Under the pieces are notes generated by a model. That model saw only the letters and a list, made by a program, of their open reading frames with translations, was not told the origin of the DNA and ran no database searches. Made by a program: the position numbers and the translations under genes. A DNA stretch of 64,000 nucleotides from contig CAWIAD010000002.1 of the NCBI GenBank assembly GCA_963833985.1, forward strand, positions 6,496,001-6,560,000, read 5' to 3'. Numbering within the stretch: the stretch's first letter is position 1; every line of letters starts with the position of its first letter. This document shows positions 11,842 through 22,806 of the stretch, piece after piece. The stretch comes from an uncultured Planctomycetaceae bacterium. GTDB lineage: Bacteria > Planctomycetota > Planctomycetia > Isosphaerales > Isosphaeraceae.

Positions 11842-12813
11842 ATGGCACTCACCGAGAAACACGTGGAGATCAGCGGCATCACATTGCATCTGAGCGATCC
11901 CGATTCGACCGAGACGAGCTGGGTCGGTCAGGATGAGGTCCTGCGGCAGGTGCTGGCGTGCTGGCTGGTGGTCGACCCACGCGACCGGCCGCTCTCGCCA
12001 CGGCTGACCGGTCCGCCAGGAATTGGCAAGACCACGCTGGCCATGGCCGCAGCCAGGATCCGCAAGCAGCCGCTTTACATCAACCAGTGCACGGCCGACA
12101 CACGCCCCGAGGACCTGATCGTCACGCCAGTGCTGGCCGAGAGCGGCAAGATCGCCTACCATGCCTCGCCGCTGGTCACCGCGATGATCACCGGCGGCAT
12201 CTGCGTGCTCGATGAGGGAAACCGGATGAACGAGAAGTCGTGGGCGAGCCTGGCGCCCCTGCTCGACCATCGCCGCTACGTCGAAAGCATCGTGGCCGGT
12301 ATCACCATCCCCGCTCACGCGGACTTCCGCGCCTGCGTCACCATGAACGAAGATGAATCGACCTACGAGGTACCCGATTACATTCTCTCCCGCCTCCAGC
12401 CGACGCTCACTCTTGGCTTTCCCGGCCGCGACGACGAGATGGCGATTCTTAAGTACCATCTGCCGTTCGCCGAGATCGAACTGCTGGCGCTCACGGTCGA
12501 CTTCTTGCAGGAAGCTCACAAGCTCAAGCTCGATTTCTCGCCCCGCGACGGGATCAACGTGCTGCGGTTTGCTCTTAAACGCATCGCCCAGGATCCCGCT
12601 CATCCGCTCAGCCGCGATGCCGCCTGGCGCGAGGCGCTCTTTTGCGTGCTGGGCGAAGAGACCGGCAACCTGGAAGGCCTCGCCCGCCGCCGGCGCAAAG
12701 CAATGGGCGGTCAGCACGCTCCCCTCGGTCTGGGCGATCTCTTCTTCAATCCCGACGATCCGCTCCACCCGGACTCCCGGAACGACGACGATGACGAAGG
12801 CAACGTCTACTGA
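11842..12813 (+). CDS. MoxR-like AAA+ ATPase
   Basis: Walker A GPPGIGKT, Walker B CVLDEGNR, sensor VTMN and ILSRL. Confidence 0.88.
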   Translation: MALTEKHVEISGITLHLSDPDSTETSWVGQDEVLRQVLACWLVVDPRDRPLSPRLTGPPGIGKTTLAMAAARIRKQPLYINQCTADTRPEDLIVTPVLAESGKIAYHASPLVTAMITGGICVLDEGNRMNEKSWASLAPLLDHRRYVESIVAGITIPAHADFRACVTMNEDESTYEVPDYILSRLQPTLTLGFPGRDDEMAILKYHLPFAEIELLALTVDFLQEAHKLKLDFSPRDGINVLRFALKRIAQDPAHPLSRDAAWREALFCVLGEETGNLEGLARRRRKAMGGQHAPLGLGDLFFNPDDPLHPDSRNDDDDEGNVY

Positions 12814-12938
12814 ATGATACGCACATGGAAGTGTATGACATGCAATTGCCATGCCAGCTATGCAAGCCGGCGATCACCTGGAACAGAGCAAGAACCGGCC
12901 CGGGCGGCTGACCTGCGGGCACAAATGCGCGCGCTGCC

Positions 12939-14520
12939 TCAGCGTGGAGCTGGCTGGTTCTTCCAGGCAGCGAGCACGGCCTCGTCGAGAGTGGGGTAGC
13001 AATCCACCAGCATGGTCAGGCGAACCTGGTCAAGCAGCGCGATGATGCGCGCGTGCGCCTGGCAGATGCGCAGCGAGCCACCGGACCATTCGAGCCGGAA
13101 ATGATGCGCCAGCAGCGCCGCGAGCGCCTGCCGGGAGAGGTGATTGACGAATTCGAGGTTGAGCACGACCCTCCGCGGCAGGGGCTCTTCAAACAGCTCC
13201 GCCAGCCGGCTCCGCAGCGCCTCGAGGGTTGCCTCGTCAGCCAGCTCCGGAAGCTGAGGCGTCACGATCAAGACTTCCTCGAGAACCTCATGCTTGATGC
13301 GCCTGCGCGGGGTCGAGATCTGGCTCGATCGGCAGCTCCACGGTGGCCGGCGCCTCGGCTGGAATACCCAGTAGAGTCGCGGGCTCCACGTCCTCGCCGG
13401 CCCACTCCAGCGGCGGTTTCGGGAGCAGCAGCGGTGGTTCAGAAGGGCTACCGATTTGCAGGGTGGCCAGAACCGGCCCGATCTTGAACTGATCGCCGGC
13501 GTGCAGCTCGACTTCCTGGTCGCGGATGTGCTGGCCGCCGACGAGCGTCCCGTTGGTGCTGCCAAGGTCGCGCAGGAAGATGCGGCCGTCACGCTGTTCG
13601 AGTGCGGCGTGCTGCTTGCTGACCTGGGCAGAGCCGAGCCGGACATGGCACGGGCGATCGCGGCCGATGAGGAAGCGGGGCGCGGAAACGGCGACCGTGC
13701 GGCACGGGCTGGAGCCGGCCTGGAGCTGAAGGCTGATCACGGGTGTCAGCGCACTGCCGGAGCCAGCGCGCTGCGGCTTGAGCACGGCGACCGGCTGCGC
13801 CCGGAGCAGAGCCAGGATCTCGGCGTCATCGGTCGGCGCCCCGCCAGCCAGGGGAGGGAGTCCGCCGGCTGCGAGGACCGCGCTGAGGATGTCAACGGGA
13901 AGCTGGCGAGGCTTCGCCGCAAGGGGCCAGGGACTGTCCAGGGCTGCCGCCTCGTCGGGGTGGAATTCGAGTTCACCGGCCATGCCCACGATCGCGAAGA
14001 TCTCGGCCAGCCCGGGATCCAGACCGCAGATTTTCAGCTTGCCGCCGTCGCCGGCCGCACAGCGCCGATGAGCGTTGCCGATGACGCCGATGATCCAGCT
14101 TCCCAGCCGTTCGACGGCCGTGAAGTTGATGACCAGCCGCGCGTTGCCCACGTCGATCAGTTCCATCAGGTCGGCGCCCATCTGCTGGATGTGCGCCTGG
14201 TCCACGAGCGCTCGTCCCACCAGCCGGACGACCGTGATCCCCCTGCGGTACGCCACGTTGAATCGCGACCAGCCGGCCGGCGTTCCCGCTACGGCCGCTT
14301 CACCTGGCTTGCGGTGGGCACGGCCCCGGCACATGGGCAGATTGCCGATGAGCTGGTTCCAGCGGTTGACCCGGACCGGATCTGGTTCCTCATCGAGGTT
14401 GCTGGCCAGCCAGTCCTCGAAGCGGCGATCACAGGTTGGAACCGGCTTCGCCAGCAGCAGCTCATGAGCCGGGTCGTCGAGCTGGCCAACCAGAGGGATT
14501 TCGGACTCGTTGGCGGCCAT
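12939..14520 (-). CDS. STAS-FHA-STAS anti-sigma-factor-antagonist-like protein (apparent frameshift near 13305)
   Basis: STAS1 (LVINFTAVERLGS...LKICGLDP), FHA (FLIGR...VSKQHA...LRDLGSTNGTLV) and STAS2 in the next frame (VVLNLEFVNHLS...LRICQ...YPTLDEAV). Confidence 0.8.
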
Positions 14521-15153
14521 GATAAATCGATCCCTTGCACTACGGGACAAAGAGTGTTGACCCGGAACGGCCACGGCCAGGCGCAGACGCCGAGCGCCGC
14601 GCCACGGCGCTCCACGTGTTCACCAGGGTTTCCGGCGAAGGGCCACCCCTGCCGGGAAACAAGAAAGGGGGGGTGGCCGATCATGCGCCGCATTGGCGAC
14701 CCGGCAGATCGGAGAGCCCTGATCTATCGGCGATCAAGGCCGACGAACGTGTCCGGGCACTTCAGCGAACAGTTCCCACTGCGCTCGAAAGCAATTCCGT
14801 TTGGAGGTCTTGAAGCTCCCCGGAGATCTCCAGTCGGGCCCGTCAAGTTCGGCCCCGGTGGGTCTGGCCGATTCGACGTCCACGCCATGGGTCTCTTGCT
14901 GATTCTTAGGCGACATTCTCGACCTGCCTGGCCCGGTTTCTTCGTGAGTGCAGGCTTCCTTTTCCGGTCGCCTGACCGGAACCGAGCGGCTGTATTACTT
15001 TATGTTCAGTAAAGATGTGTCAAGGCCGCGATCCGCGGGCCGATCTCAGGCTCGTGGAGGCCCCGGGACCGTCGGGCATAGCGTCGCCCTGATGTCTCGA
15101 TCGCGGTACACTGCCAGGGTGCGGACCAATGGGCGGGACTGCGGGAGAGTTCC

Positions 15154-17037
15154 ATGAAGCGTGAACGCGGCACGGCCGAGCAATTCCTGGCGATCGGTCC
15201 GCGGGTGCGGGTGCTGCCGATCATTCACGGCTCCGGCAATTTCGCGATCCAGGTGCGCGAGGAACTGCTCGGCCGGCCCTACGACTGCGTGGCCGTACCC
15301 CTGCCGCCGTCGTTCCAGGAAAACGTTGAGGAGGCCATCGAGCGGCTGCCGTCGGTCTCGGCGGTGGTCCAGCTCGATGTCGACCGCGACGACGAGGAAG
15401 TCGGGTTCAGCTACGTGCCCGTCGATCCCTGCCAGGGCGTCATCACGGCTCTGCGCACGGCCATGGGCGAGCGGATTTCCCGCGAGTTCATCGACATGGA
15501 AACGCCCCGCTTCGAGGCGATCACCAGCGTCTTCCCGGACCCTTACGCGTTGAAACAGGTCGCACCGGAGCGGTTCTCGGCCGCCCTCCTGCCGGCGATT
15601 CCGCCACCCCAGCCCGGCCAGCACCAGGCGCGGATTGCCTGGATGGCCCGCCGCCTGCACGAGCTGGAGGAGCGCTACCGCCTGACCTTGCTGGTCTGCT
15701 CGCTGCTCGACTGGCCCTGGATCCGCGACGCCTACACACGCCGGCTGGAGAGCCACGACCCCGAGCCGTTCTATACGCCGCTGGCGACTCACATCGTGGA
15801 CCCGCGCACGCTGCTCTTCGCCCTTGGCGAGCTGCCGTTCATCACTGCCCTGTACGAGCGCGGCCGGCGCGATCTGAGCGACGACGACAACTTGTCGGTC
15901 GACGGCGTCAAGGAACTGGTGCTCGAGGCGCGCGAGAGCCTGAGAAGGAAACATCCCACGATCGCGCAGCGGATCACACCGCAGCTCCTCGCCGTCTACT
16001 TCCAGTACGTCCGCAATCTCTCCCTGATTGATCGGCGCCTCACCCCTGACCTGTACTCGCTGGTGGTGGCGGCGAAGCAGACCGCCGGCGACGATTTTGC
16101 CCTCGCCGTGGCGGAAACCGCGTGCCAGTACCCCTACGCCGAAACCGCGGCCAGAGCGTGGACCGGCCAGGACGAGGAAGACTCGCTTCTGAAGATGGGT
16201 CTGGACAGGGCGGTCGTGCCGGGCTGGGGAACGGCATCGATGGTCAATCGCCTGCCGGGTCCGGCGGTCGCCTGGAGAACCTGCGAGCTGAGGCCCCGGC
16301 CCGCCCGCGTGCAGCAGCAGCGCTGGCGGCAGCGCTGGGACCCGTTCGGGATGTGCTCGTGGCCCAATGAAGACGATCGGATCGAGAGCTTTCACCGCCA
16401 TGTCCGCGACCAGGCGCGCACCGTCCTGGGGGCCGACCTCGCGCGGGTGGAGAAATTCACCACCAGCATTCGCGACGGTATCGACATCCGTGAGACGCTG
16501 CGGAACTGGCACACCGGCGAGCTTTACGTGAAGGTGCTGCCACCGGGACGGGGATCCCTCGAGGCCGTGGTGTTCCTCTTTGATGTGCCGGCGGATCCCC
16601 AGGTTTACACCCACCGGGCCACCTGGTTCGCCGAGCACTCCGAGGAATCGACGCTCGCCTTCTACGCCACCGACCCGATGCGCAACCTGGTGGGGCCCGG
16701 CATCGCCCAGGCGCTGTATGGAGGAGCCCTGTTCCTGTACCCGCCCCGTCCCATTCCGGAAATCTGGACCGATCCCCGGCTCCAGTTCGCCACGACGCTG
16801 GAGGAACGGCTGCTGGCCGCGGGGTTCCTCCACAGCAAGGACCGGCACGTGGCGGTCGTCAGTCCGGGCATGCCCCGGGCCTCCTGGCGACGGCTGGCAC
16901 GCAAGTACGGCCGCAAGATCGTGCATTTGCCGCTGAAGCGATTCGGCGGCCAGCTCCTCGAGCGGCTGCGCACGTTCCACGTGCTCAACGGCAAGCACGT
17001 CCGTTCGTACGCGGCGCTCTATATTCGCGATCTGTAA
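15154..17037 (+). CDS. conserved hypothetical protein, probable AAA+ partner
   Basis: 627-aa ORF with normal composition. Contains LPIIHGS, VPVDPCQG and FTTSIRDGIDIRETLRNWH. Confidence 0.8.
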   Translation: MKRERGTAEQFLAIGPRVRVLPIIHGSGNFAIQVREELLGRPYDCVAVPLPPSFQENVEEAIERLPSVSAVVQLDVDRDDEEVGFSYVPVDPCQGVITALRTAMGERISREFIDMETPRFEAITSVFPDPYALKQVAPERFSAALLPAIPPPQPGQHQARIAWMARRLHELEERYRLTLLVCSLLDWPWIRDAYTRRLESHDPEPFYTPLATHIVDPRTLLFALGELPFITALYERGRRDLSDDDNLSVDGVKELVLEARESLRRKHPTIAQRITPQLLAVYFQYVRNLSLIDRRLTPDLYSLVVAAKQTAGDDFALAVAETACQYPYAETAARAWTGQDEEDSLLKMGLDRAVVPGWGTASMVNRLPGPAVAWRTCELRPRPARVQQQRWRQRWDPFGMCSWPNEDDRIESFHRHVRDQARTVLGADLARVEKFTTSIRDGIDIRETLRNWHTGELYVKVLPPGRGSLEAVVFLFDVPADPQVYTHRATWFAEHSEESTLAFYATDPMRNLVGPGIAQALYGGALFLYPPRPIPEIWTDPRLQFATTLEERLLAAGFLHSKDRHVAVVSPGMPRASWRRLARKYGRKIVHLPLKRFGGQLLERLRTFHVLNGKHVRSYAALYIRDL

Positions 17038-17254
17038 GTCCGCTGGCGCATGGTCAGGAGTCCCTCGGATCGGCCGGGAGCAGCAGGTCATCCCGGGTCG
17101 GGGCCTCGATCAGCCGGCCGCGAACCGCGAGATCGCGCAGGTCGGTCGTCGCACTCCTGCATCGTGGTGTCCGGCCTGGACTTCGTTCCGTCTTTGTACA
17201 GAATGGAAGACTCAACACTGGCTTGCACCCTCCTGAAGATCGGCCCGGTCGCCC

Positions 17255-18274
17255 ATGAATCAATTCTGGATCTTGCTGGCGGTTCTTCTTGGCGGCACCA
17301 GCGAGGCCGGTGATCCGCCGGCGACCGAGGCATTCTCGGCCCCGAAGTACGGCCTCGCCACCCGCATTCCCCAGGACTGGCGGCTGGCCCTGCGCGAGAC
17401 CGAGGACCGCATCTTCGTGGCGGCCATCGATCAGATCGGCATCGACCGCCCGGGGGTTGCCGCCTGCGAGCTGGGGCTGGCGCCCGAGAGCCTGGAAGAC
17501 TATCGCTCCCGGATCGAGACCAGCGCCCGGCAGAACGGAGGGCATGCCGGCAAGCTTGCGTCCAATCGTCTGATCGCCGATGAGCGTGGCACACGGCTGG
17601 AGACGGTCAGGGAATTCCATCCCGACGCGGGCGGTTTCTGGCGTGAGGTGACCGTCAGGATCATTGCCAACCGTCAACTCTACAGCTTCATCCTGAACGT
17701 CGAGGATGGCAGCTATGCCGGTGCTCGGGCCGCCTTCGACGCCGTGGTGGCCGGATCCAGGTTCAGTCCGCCCAACACCGGCGCGGACCTGCTGGGCAAG
17801 CCTTCCAATCGCTGGGTGCAACGCGAGTACAAGTTCGCGCTTGACCTGCCCGCGGGCTGGAGCCCGGTGCTGGCCCCCAGCGAGGTGGCGCTCCTGTTCG
17901 CCACCGGACCGGCGCATGGGGTCTGGTCCGACAACCTGCTGGTCCTGGCGCATCCTCGCGGCAAGACGAACCTCAAGGAACTGGCCGAGGACTACCCCAG
18001 GCTGCTCAAGCACGAAGACCCGGGCTGCACGCTGATTTCCTGCAAGCTCATCTCCGTGGGCGTGACCGAGGCGCTCGAAACCGTGGTCCAGACGCGTCGC
18101 GGGCCGTTCGCGATGACCGTCATCGAACGGCGGTTCGCAGCCGCCCGGTTCGAGTACGAGGTCAAGTACACCCTGGAATCAAAGCGCTTCGACGGCCTTG
18201 CCCCCCTGCTCCGGAAAAGCCTGGACAGCTTTCAGGAGCTGCCCGGCTCGGCGCCCGGAAAGAAGTCCGCGTGA
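17255..18274 (+). CDS. exported hypothetical protein with two similar PsbP-like halves
   Basis: Signal peptide. Repeated pattern YGLATRIPQDW / YKFALDLPAGW. Confidence 0.7.
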   Translation: MNQFWILLAVLLGGTSEAGDPPATEAFSAPKYGLATRIPQDWRLALRETEDRIFVAAIDQIGIDRPGVAACELGLAPESLEDYRSRIETSARQNGGHAGKLASNRLIADERGTRLETVREFHPDAGGFWREVTVRIIANRQLYSFILNVEDGSYAGARAAFDAVVAGSRFSPPNTGADLLGKPSNRWVQREYKFALDLPAGWSPVLAPSEVALLFATGPAHGVWSDNLLVLAHPRGKTNLKELAEDYPRLLKHEDPGCTLISCKLISVGVTEALETVVQTRRGPFAMTVIERRFAAARFEYEVKYTLESKRFDGLAPLLRKSLDSFQELPGSAPGKKSA

Positions 18275-18295
18275 AGGCGACGGAATGGACCGGCT

Positions 18296-19502
18296 TCAGG
18301 ACGTTCGGCGTGACTTCGAGAAACCGGCCTCTCCGCCGGTGTCGGCCCGGTTGGGGCTACGGCGGATGCCCAGACGCAGGACCTGCAACACGACGAAGGC
18401 GATGAGGACCGGGGGGATCATCCAGGCCAGGTAGATGGTCCAGTTCATCCCGAGCGCAGGGCCTGCCAGGGCAAGTGGGAGCAGCAGCAGGATGCCGAGC
18501 AGAAGGGCGCACCCCGTGGAGGTCATGATCGATTTGAAGCTCGCCTCCTCGCTAATGTTCTCGTAATGGAGGTCAATGGTCCGGCCGCGGCGGAGGCTCC
18601 TCACGACGGCCTCGGAGAGCTCCATCGCCCGCGTGGCGTCGCCCAGGTCGGGATGGACCGATCCGTCCGGCGTCGCCGCGCGGGCCTCGAGTGCGCTGGC
18701 CAGCGATTCCAGGATGGCGGCATGCGGGTCCCAGCCCTCGAGCACATGGATCGGCTCGCCGTCACCGGAGCCAGATCGGCGCACCAGGCGGGCGGGCTGG
18801 TGGAAACCCGGGTCGTATTCCAGGATCAGCGCGGCGCTCCGAGCCCTGGACGCTGAGCCGGCAGGGTTCGTCATGCCCGGTCCAGACGCGGACCTCGGCG
18901 CGCTGGCCGTGCTCGCCGCGAAGCTGGACCACCAACTCGACATCCGGCTGTTCGCCGGCGGGCTCACCGCTGGCAGTGACCGCGTCGACCTCGCCGATGA
19001 GGGCGCGGACCGCGTCGACTCGCCGGGCGAACGCCACCCGGACCAGATCGCCGTCGTCCGGGCTGACCGGCCCCTCGTGGCGTACCCCGCGGAATGCCCC
19101 GAGCTCTCCGCTCGTCATGGCTTCCTTCAAGCGGGCGACCGCGGGATGGAGCCGGAGCGGAAGATCGGAAATCACCACCGCGCCCGTTTCGGAGCGGCTC
19201 AGGGCCACCTGGTAGTAGGGCTCGGAGTCGGGTCCTGGCGGGTGCAGGCAGACGATCGCCAGCCCCTCGGCAGCGGCCCTGCGCAGGCCCTCGCTCCGGA
19301 GCTCGAGCGGGCCGCCCACGATGACCAGGTTGATGCCGGCCGTCGCCAGGGCCTCGTCCAGGTCGGCGGCCGCGTGGACCTCCGCGAATTCGTCGCCGCC
19401 GAATCCGGGACAGACGGCCAGCAGGTGATGCTCGGGATGGTGCAGGAACCACTCCGCCCAGTCCCGTTCCTCGTCCCCGTCGCCCACAATCAGAACATTC
19501 AT
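18296..19502 (-). CDS. Gfo/Idh/MocA-like oxidoreductase with two C-terminal TM helices (apparent frameshift near 18832)
   Basis: Rossmann-like MNVLIVGDG, LPLRLHPAVARLKEAMTSGELG and DATRAMELSEAVVRSLRRGRTIDL, then two hydrophobic segments. Confidence 0.7.
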
Positions 19503-19684
19503 TATGACGTCATTGCTCCCGGAGTGCCGGTCCGACCCGGGAAGCGGGCCATGGCCGCGGGCTTTCCCGGACTCGTCTCCGCATTGACCGATCTCTCGAA
19601 CGCTCGTGATAATACTCTAGCCGCTCTGGAGATCGATCAAGAGGACCAGGCGGTTTCGGACGCTGCGCCTGGCGGGCAGGATGG

Positions 19685-20665
19685 GTGTCGGTGATCACGA
19701 TCGCGAATGTCGAGGATTTTCCCGCGCGAGTGCGTGGCGGCTACGTGACGGTCGGCAACTTCGACGGCGTGCATCGCGGTCACCAGCGGTTAATCGGCCG
19801 GCTGCGCGCGCTGGCCGATGCCGCGGGCGTTCCCGCACTGGCCGTCACGTTCCATCCCCATCCCGTTGCACTGCTTCGTCCGGACAAGGCGCCCGTGCCG
19901 CTCGTCTGGCCCGAGCGTGAGATCGCCCTGCTGGAGCAGGCCGGCGCCACGGAGGTGGCCGTATTTCAGACGGGGCGGTGGCTGCTCGACCTGACCGCGC
20001 GCGATTTCTTCGATCGGGTTATCTGCCGGCAGTTCGCCGCACGGGGCATGGTGGAGGGCCCGAACTTTGCTTTCGGCCACGACCGGCAAGGGAATGTCGA
20101 CGTACTCGCCGGCTGGTGCGCCCAGGCCGGCATCCCCTTCCAGGTCGTCGAGCCGATCCGCGATGCCGGCGAGCTGATCTCCTCGTCGCGGATCCGCGAG
20201 TGCCTCACCGAGGGCAAGGTCGAAGCGGCGGCCGGCTTCCTCACCCGCCCGCACCGGATCCGCGGGGTCGTGATCCATGGCGCCGGACGTGGCGCCGGGC
20301 TAGGCATTCCCACCATCAACCTGGATGCGGTCGATACGCTCATCCCTGGCGACGGCGTCTACGCCGCCAGGGCATTTGTCTCCCCATCCGGCGGCCTCAG
20401 AGAGACATTCGACCCCTGGCCCGCTGCCTGCAACATCGGCCCGAACCCGACCTTCGGCGAGCAGATCCGCAAGGTGGAGGCCCATCTCATCGGCTTCAGC
20501 GGCGACCTGTACGGCTGGACCGTGGAACTCGACTTTCTCACCCGGCTGCGCGGCACCCGGCCCTTCTCCGGCCTGGACGATCTCCTGCGCCAGATCCAAA
20601 TCGATATTGAGCAGACGAAGCGCATCTCTGCGATGGGAATCCACTCCCACGAGGTCCGAACATGA
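19685..20665 (+). CDS. ribF: bifunctional riboflavin kinase/FAD synthetase
   Basis: GNFDGVHRGHQ, TFHPHP, ISSSRIR, GIPTIN, GVYA, NIGPNPTF and VEAHL. Confidence 0.96.
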   Translation: MSVITIANVEDFPARVRGGYVTVGNFDGVHRGHQRLIGRLRALADAAGVPALAVTFHPHPVALLRPDKAPVPLVWPEREIALLEQAGATEVAVFQTGRWLLDLTARDFFDRVICRQFAARGMVEGPNFAFGHDRQGNVDVLAGWCAQAGIPFQVVEPIRDAGELISSSRIRECLTEGKVEAAAGFLTRPHRIRGVVIHGAGRGAGLGIPTINLDAVDTLIPGDGVYAARAFVSPSGGLRETFDPWPAACNIGPNPTFGEQIRKVEAHLIGFSGDLYGWTVELDFLTRLRGTRPFSGLDDLLRQIQIDIEQTKRISAMGIHSHEVRT

Positions 20666-21552
20666 AGCTGGACGGCGGAGAGAGACTGGTCCTCTCGACC
20701 CTGCGCGACTTGGAGGGACGCTCCACGAAGTACGTGGACGACGTCCACCTCGCAGCCGCCACGGGAATGCTGGTGGAGGAGGTGCGCGACTGGCTGGAGA
20801 CACTCGACGGCAAGGGGTTCGTGGAACGGGCCCGGACGATCCATGGCATCAGCGCCTACATCACGGCCATGGGCAGACAGGCCTTGAGGCTGGCAGAGCC
20901 GATACCCCCTGCGGGGTCTGCCGCGCCAAACGCACAGCGGACCCTTCTTATCCTGGCGGCGAACCCCAGCAACACAGGGCGGCTCCGGCTCGACCACGAA
21001 GTCAAGCAGATCGAAGGTTCGCTCGAACGATCGAAGCTACGCGATCAGTTCAAGCTGGTGGTGAAGTGGGCCGTGACGGACGACGATCTGCGCAGGGCTT
21101 TGCTCGACCACAAGCCCGAGATCGTGCACTTTTCGGGACACGGCGCGGGGACCGGCGAGGGTGGCTCGGGACGTGACTTTGTGACCGGCCCGGAGAACCA
21201 GCCGGGTGGACTCGCATTCGACGATGGCACCGGCCAGGTCAAACGGATCTCGGGAGAGGCCCTCGCCGCGCACTTCGAGCTGTGCGCTGATCCGGTCAAG
21301 TGCGTGGTGCTGAACGCCTGCTATTCGGGAGCACAGGCGGAAGCCATCGCCCGATACGTCGACTTCGTGATCGGGATGGACCGTGCGATCGGGGACGATG
21401 CGGCGATCAAGTTTGCGGTCGGCTTCTATGACGCGCTGGGTGCGGGTCGCGGTTTTGAGCAGGCGTTCAGGTACGGGTGCAATGCCATCGACCTCAAGGG
21501 CATCCCGGAATCTCTGACGCCCGTCCTGAAACAGAAGCCGTCACCGGCGTGA
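20662..21552 (+). CDS. CHAT (caspase-like) domain protein with N-terminal winged-helix
   Basis: ILAANP...LRLDHEVKQI, IVHFSGHG (His), VVLNACYS (Cys) and FAVGFYDAL. N-terminal wHTH-like LETLDGKGFVERA. Confidence 0.85.
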   Translation: MKLDGGERLVLSTLRDLEGRSTKYVDDVHLAAATGMLVEEVRDWLETLDGKGFVERARTIHGISAYITAMGRQALRLAEPIPPAGSAAPNAQRTLLILAANPSNTGRLRLDHEVKQIEGSLERSKLRDQFKLVVKWAVTDDDLRRALLDHKPEIVHFSGHGAGTGEGGSGRDFVTGPENQPGGLAFDDGTGQVKRISGEALAAHFELCADPVKCVVLNACYSGAQAEAIARYVDFVIGMDRAIGDDAAIKFAVGFYDALGAGRGFEQAFRYGCNAIDLKGIPESLTPVLKQKPSPA

Positions 21553-21858
21553 GAGCGCCCCTCTGCCGCGTGCACCGATACCCGTTGGATCGGGGCGCGT
21601 CTCCGTCACAGTCTCGACCCTCTCGCGCGACCGGTCCAGCCGGAAGAATGGTGATGAGGCGGCGAGAAGACCTGGCCCGAATTCGAATCGTCGCCGCCGG
21701 GCTCACGGCTGGAATTCGCGCGCGCCAGGTCCGATGATGAAGCGTGCCAGGGGTCCCTCGTCCTGGCGGCGAGCTCAGGCAGCCAGCAAGGGATGCGATG
21801 CGGTGACAGGGATGGAACAACGATCCGACAGCCGACACGGGTTCGGAAAGGGGCGGGA

Positions 21859-22631
21859 ATGGCGAGCGTCGAGGAAACACGAGGACAGGTCGCCCGGCTC
21901 ATGACCGGCGCCGCGGGCGTGGAAATCAAGGCCACCATCCCGGAGAAACAGGTCGACGTCGCGATCGAGGCCTATGGCCTGAGCCTCGATCAGGCCGAGC
22001 GGTATGTTTATTTCTTCGATACGCCGGACCTGGAGCTGTTTGCAACCGGCGTGATCGCGCGCGCCGGCGCGTGGTGGGGGCACAGCACGACAGCACGATC
22101 AAGTTCCGCCCCGTCGATCCGGCCACCGTGCCGGCGCTCTGGCGCAAGTACAGCGGGTTCAAGATCGAGGCGGATTGCTCCGAGAAAGGGGTCGTCAAGT
22201 CGGCCTCGCTCACCATGCCCGTGGTCAAGGGCCTCATCAAGCGGGTGGCGGCCGGCAAGAACCCCATCGCCGACCTGTTCACGGAGGAGCAGCTTCTCTT
22301 CCTGCTCAGCCTGGCGAGCAAGAAGATTGATTATTCCCGGGTGGTGGTGATGGGCCCGATGCGCGCCTGGAGATGGAAGTACAACGATCCGGGCCTGCCC
22401 TGGACGATCACCGGCGAGCTCTGGCGGCGCGACGATGGGTCCCGGCTGTTCGAGGTGTCCATCAAGGTCCCGGTCGCCCAGGCCGCGGCCGCCAGCGCCG
22501 GGTTCATGGCGTTCCTGGCCGAGGTCGGGGCCGAGCGCGACGCCGGACAGCAAGCCAAGACGCGCTGGGCGCTGGACCATTTCGCTCACAGTCATCTCGC
22601 ACTTCCAGCAGCGAGCCCGCGGGAAGTCTAG
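21859..22631 (+). CDS. CYTH-like domain protein (apparent frameshift near 22066)
   Basis: VEIKAT (ExK), VYFFDTPDLELFATGVIARAR, DSTIKFRP and FEVSIK. Confidence 0.7.
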
Positions 22632-22717
22632 CCGCCTTCTGCCGCAAATTCCAGGGACGCAGCTTCTCAAATCAGACCAGGGTCGGGTGGCGCGACCAGC
22701 CTTTGTGCAAACCGAGC

Positions 22718-22762
22718 TTGACGGAATCAGCCCCCTGGGCCAAGATACCTACCGTTCGGTAG
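22718..22762 (+). promoter_or_regulatory. sigma70-like promoter with palindromic TetR operator
   Basis: TTGACG-N17-CAAGAT followed by the perfect inverted repeat CTACCG-TT-CGGTAG (22749-22762). Confidence 0.6.
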
Positions 22763-22806
22763 CGTGTGCCGCATTCACAGGTCACTGGCGCCGGCAAGCG
22801 GGGTAG

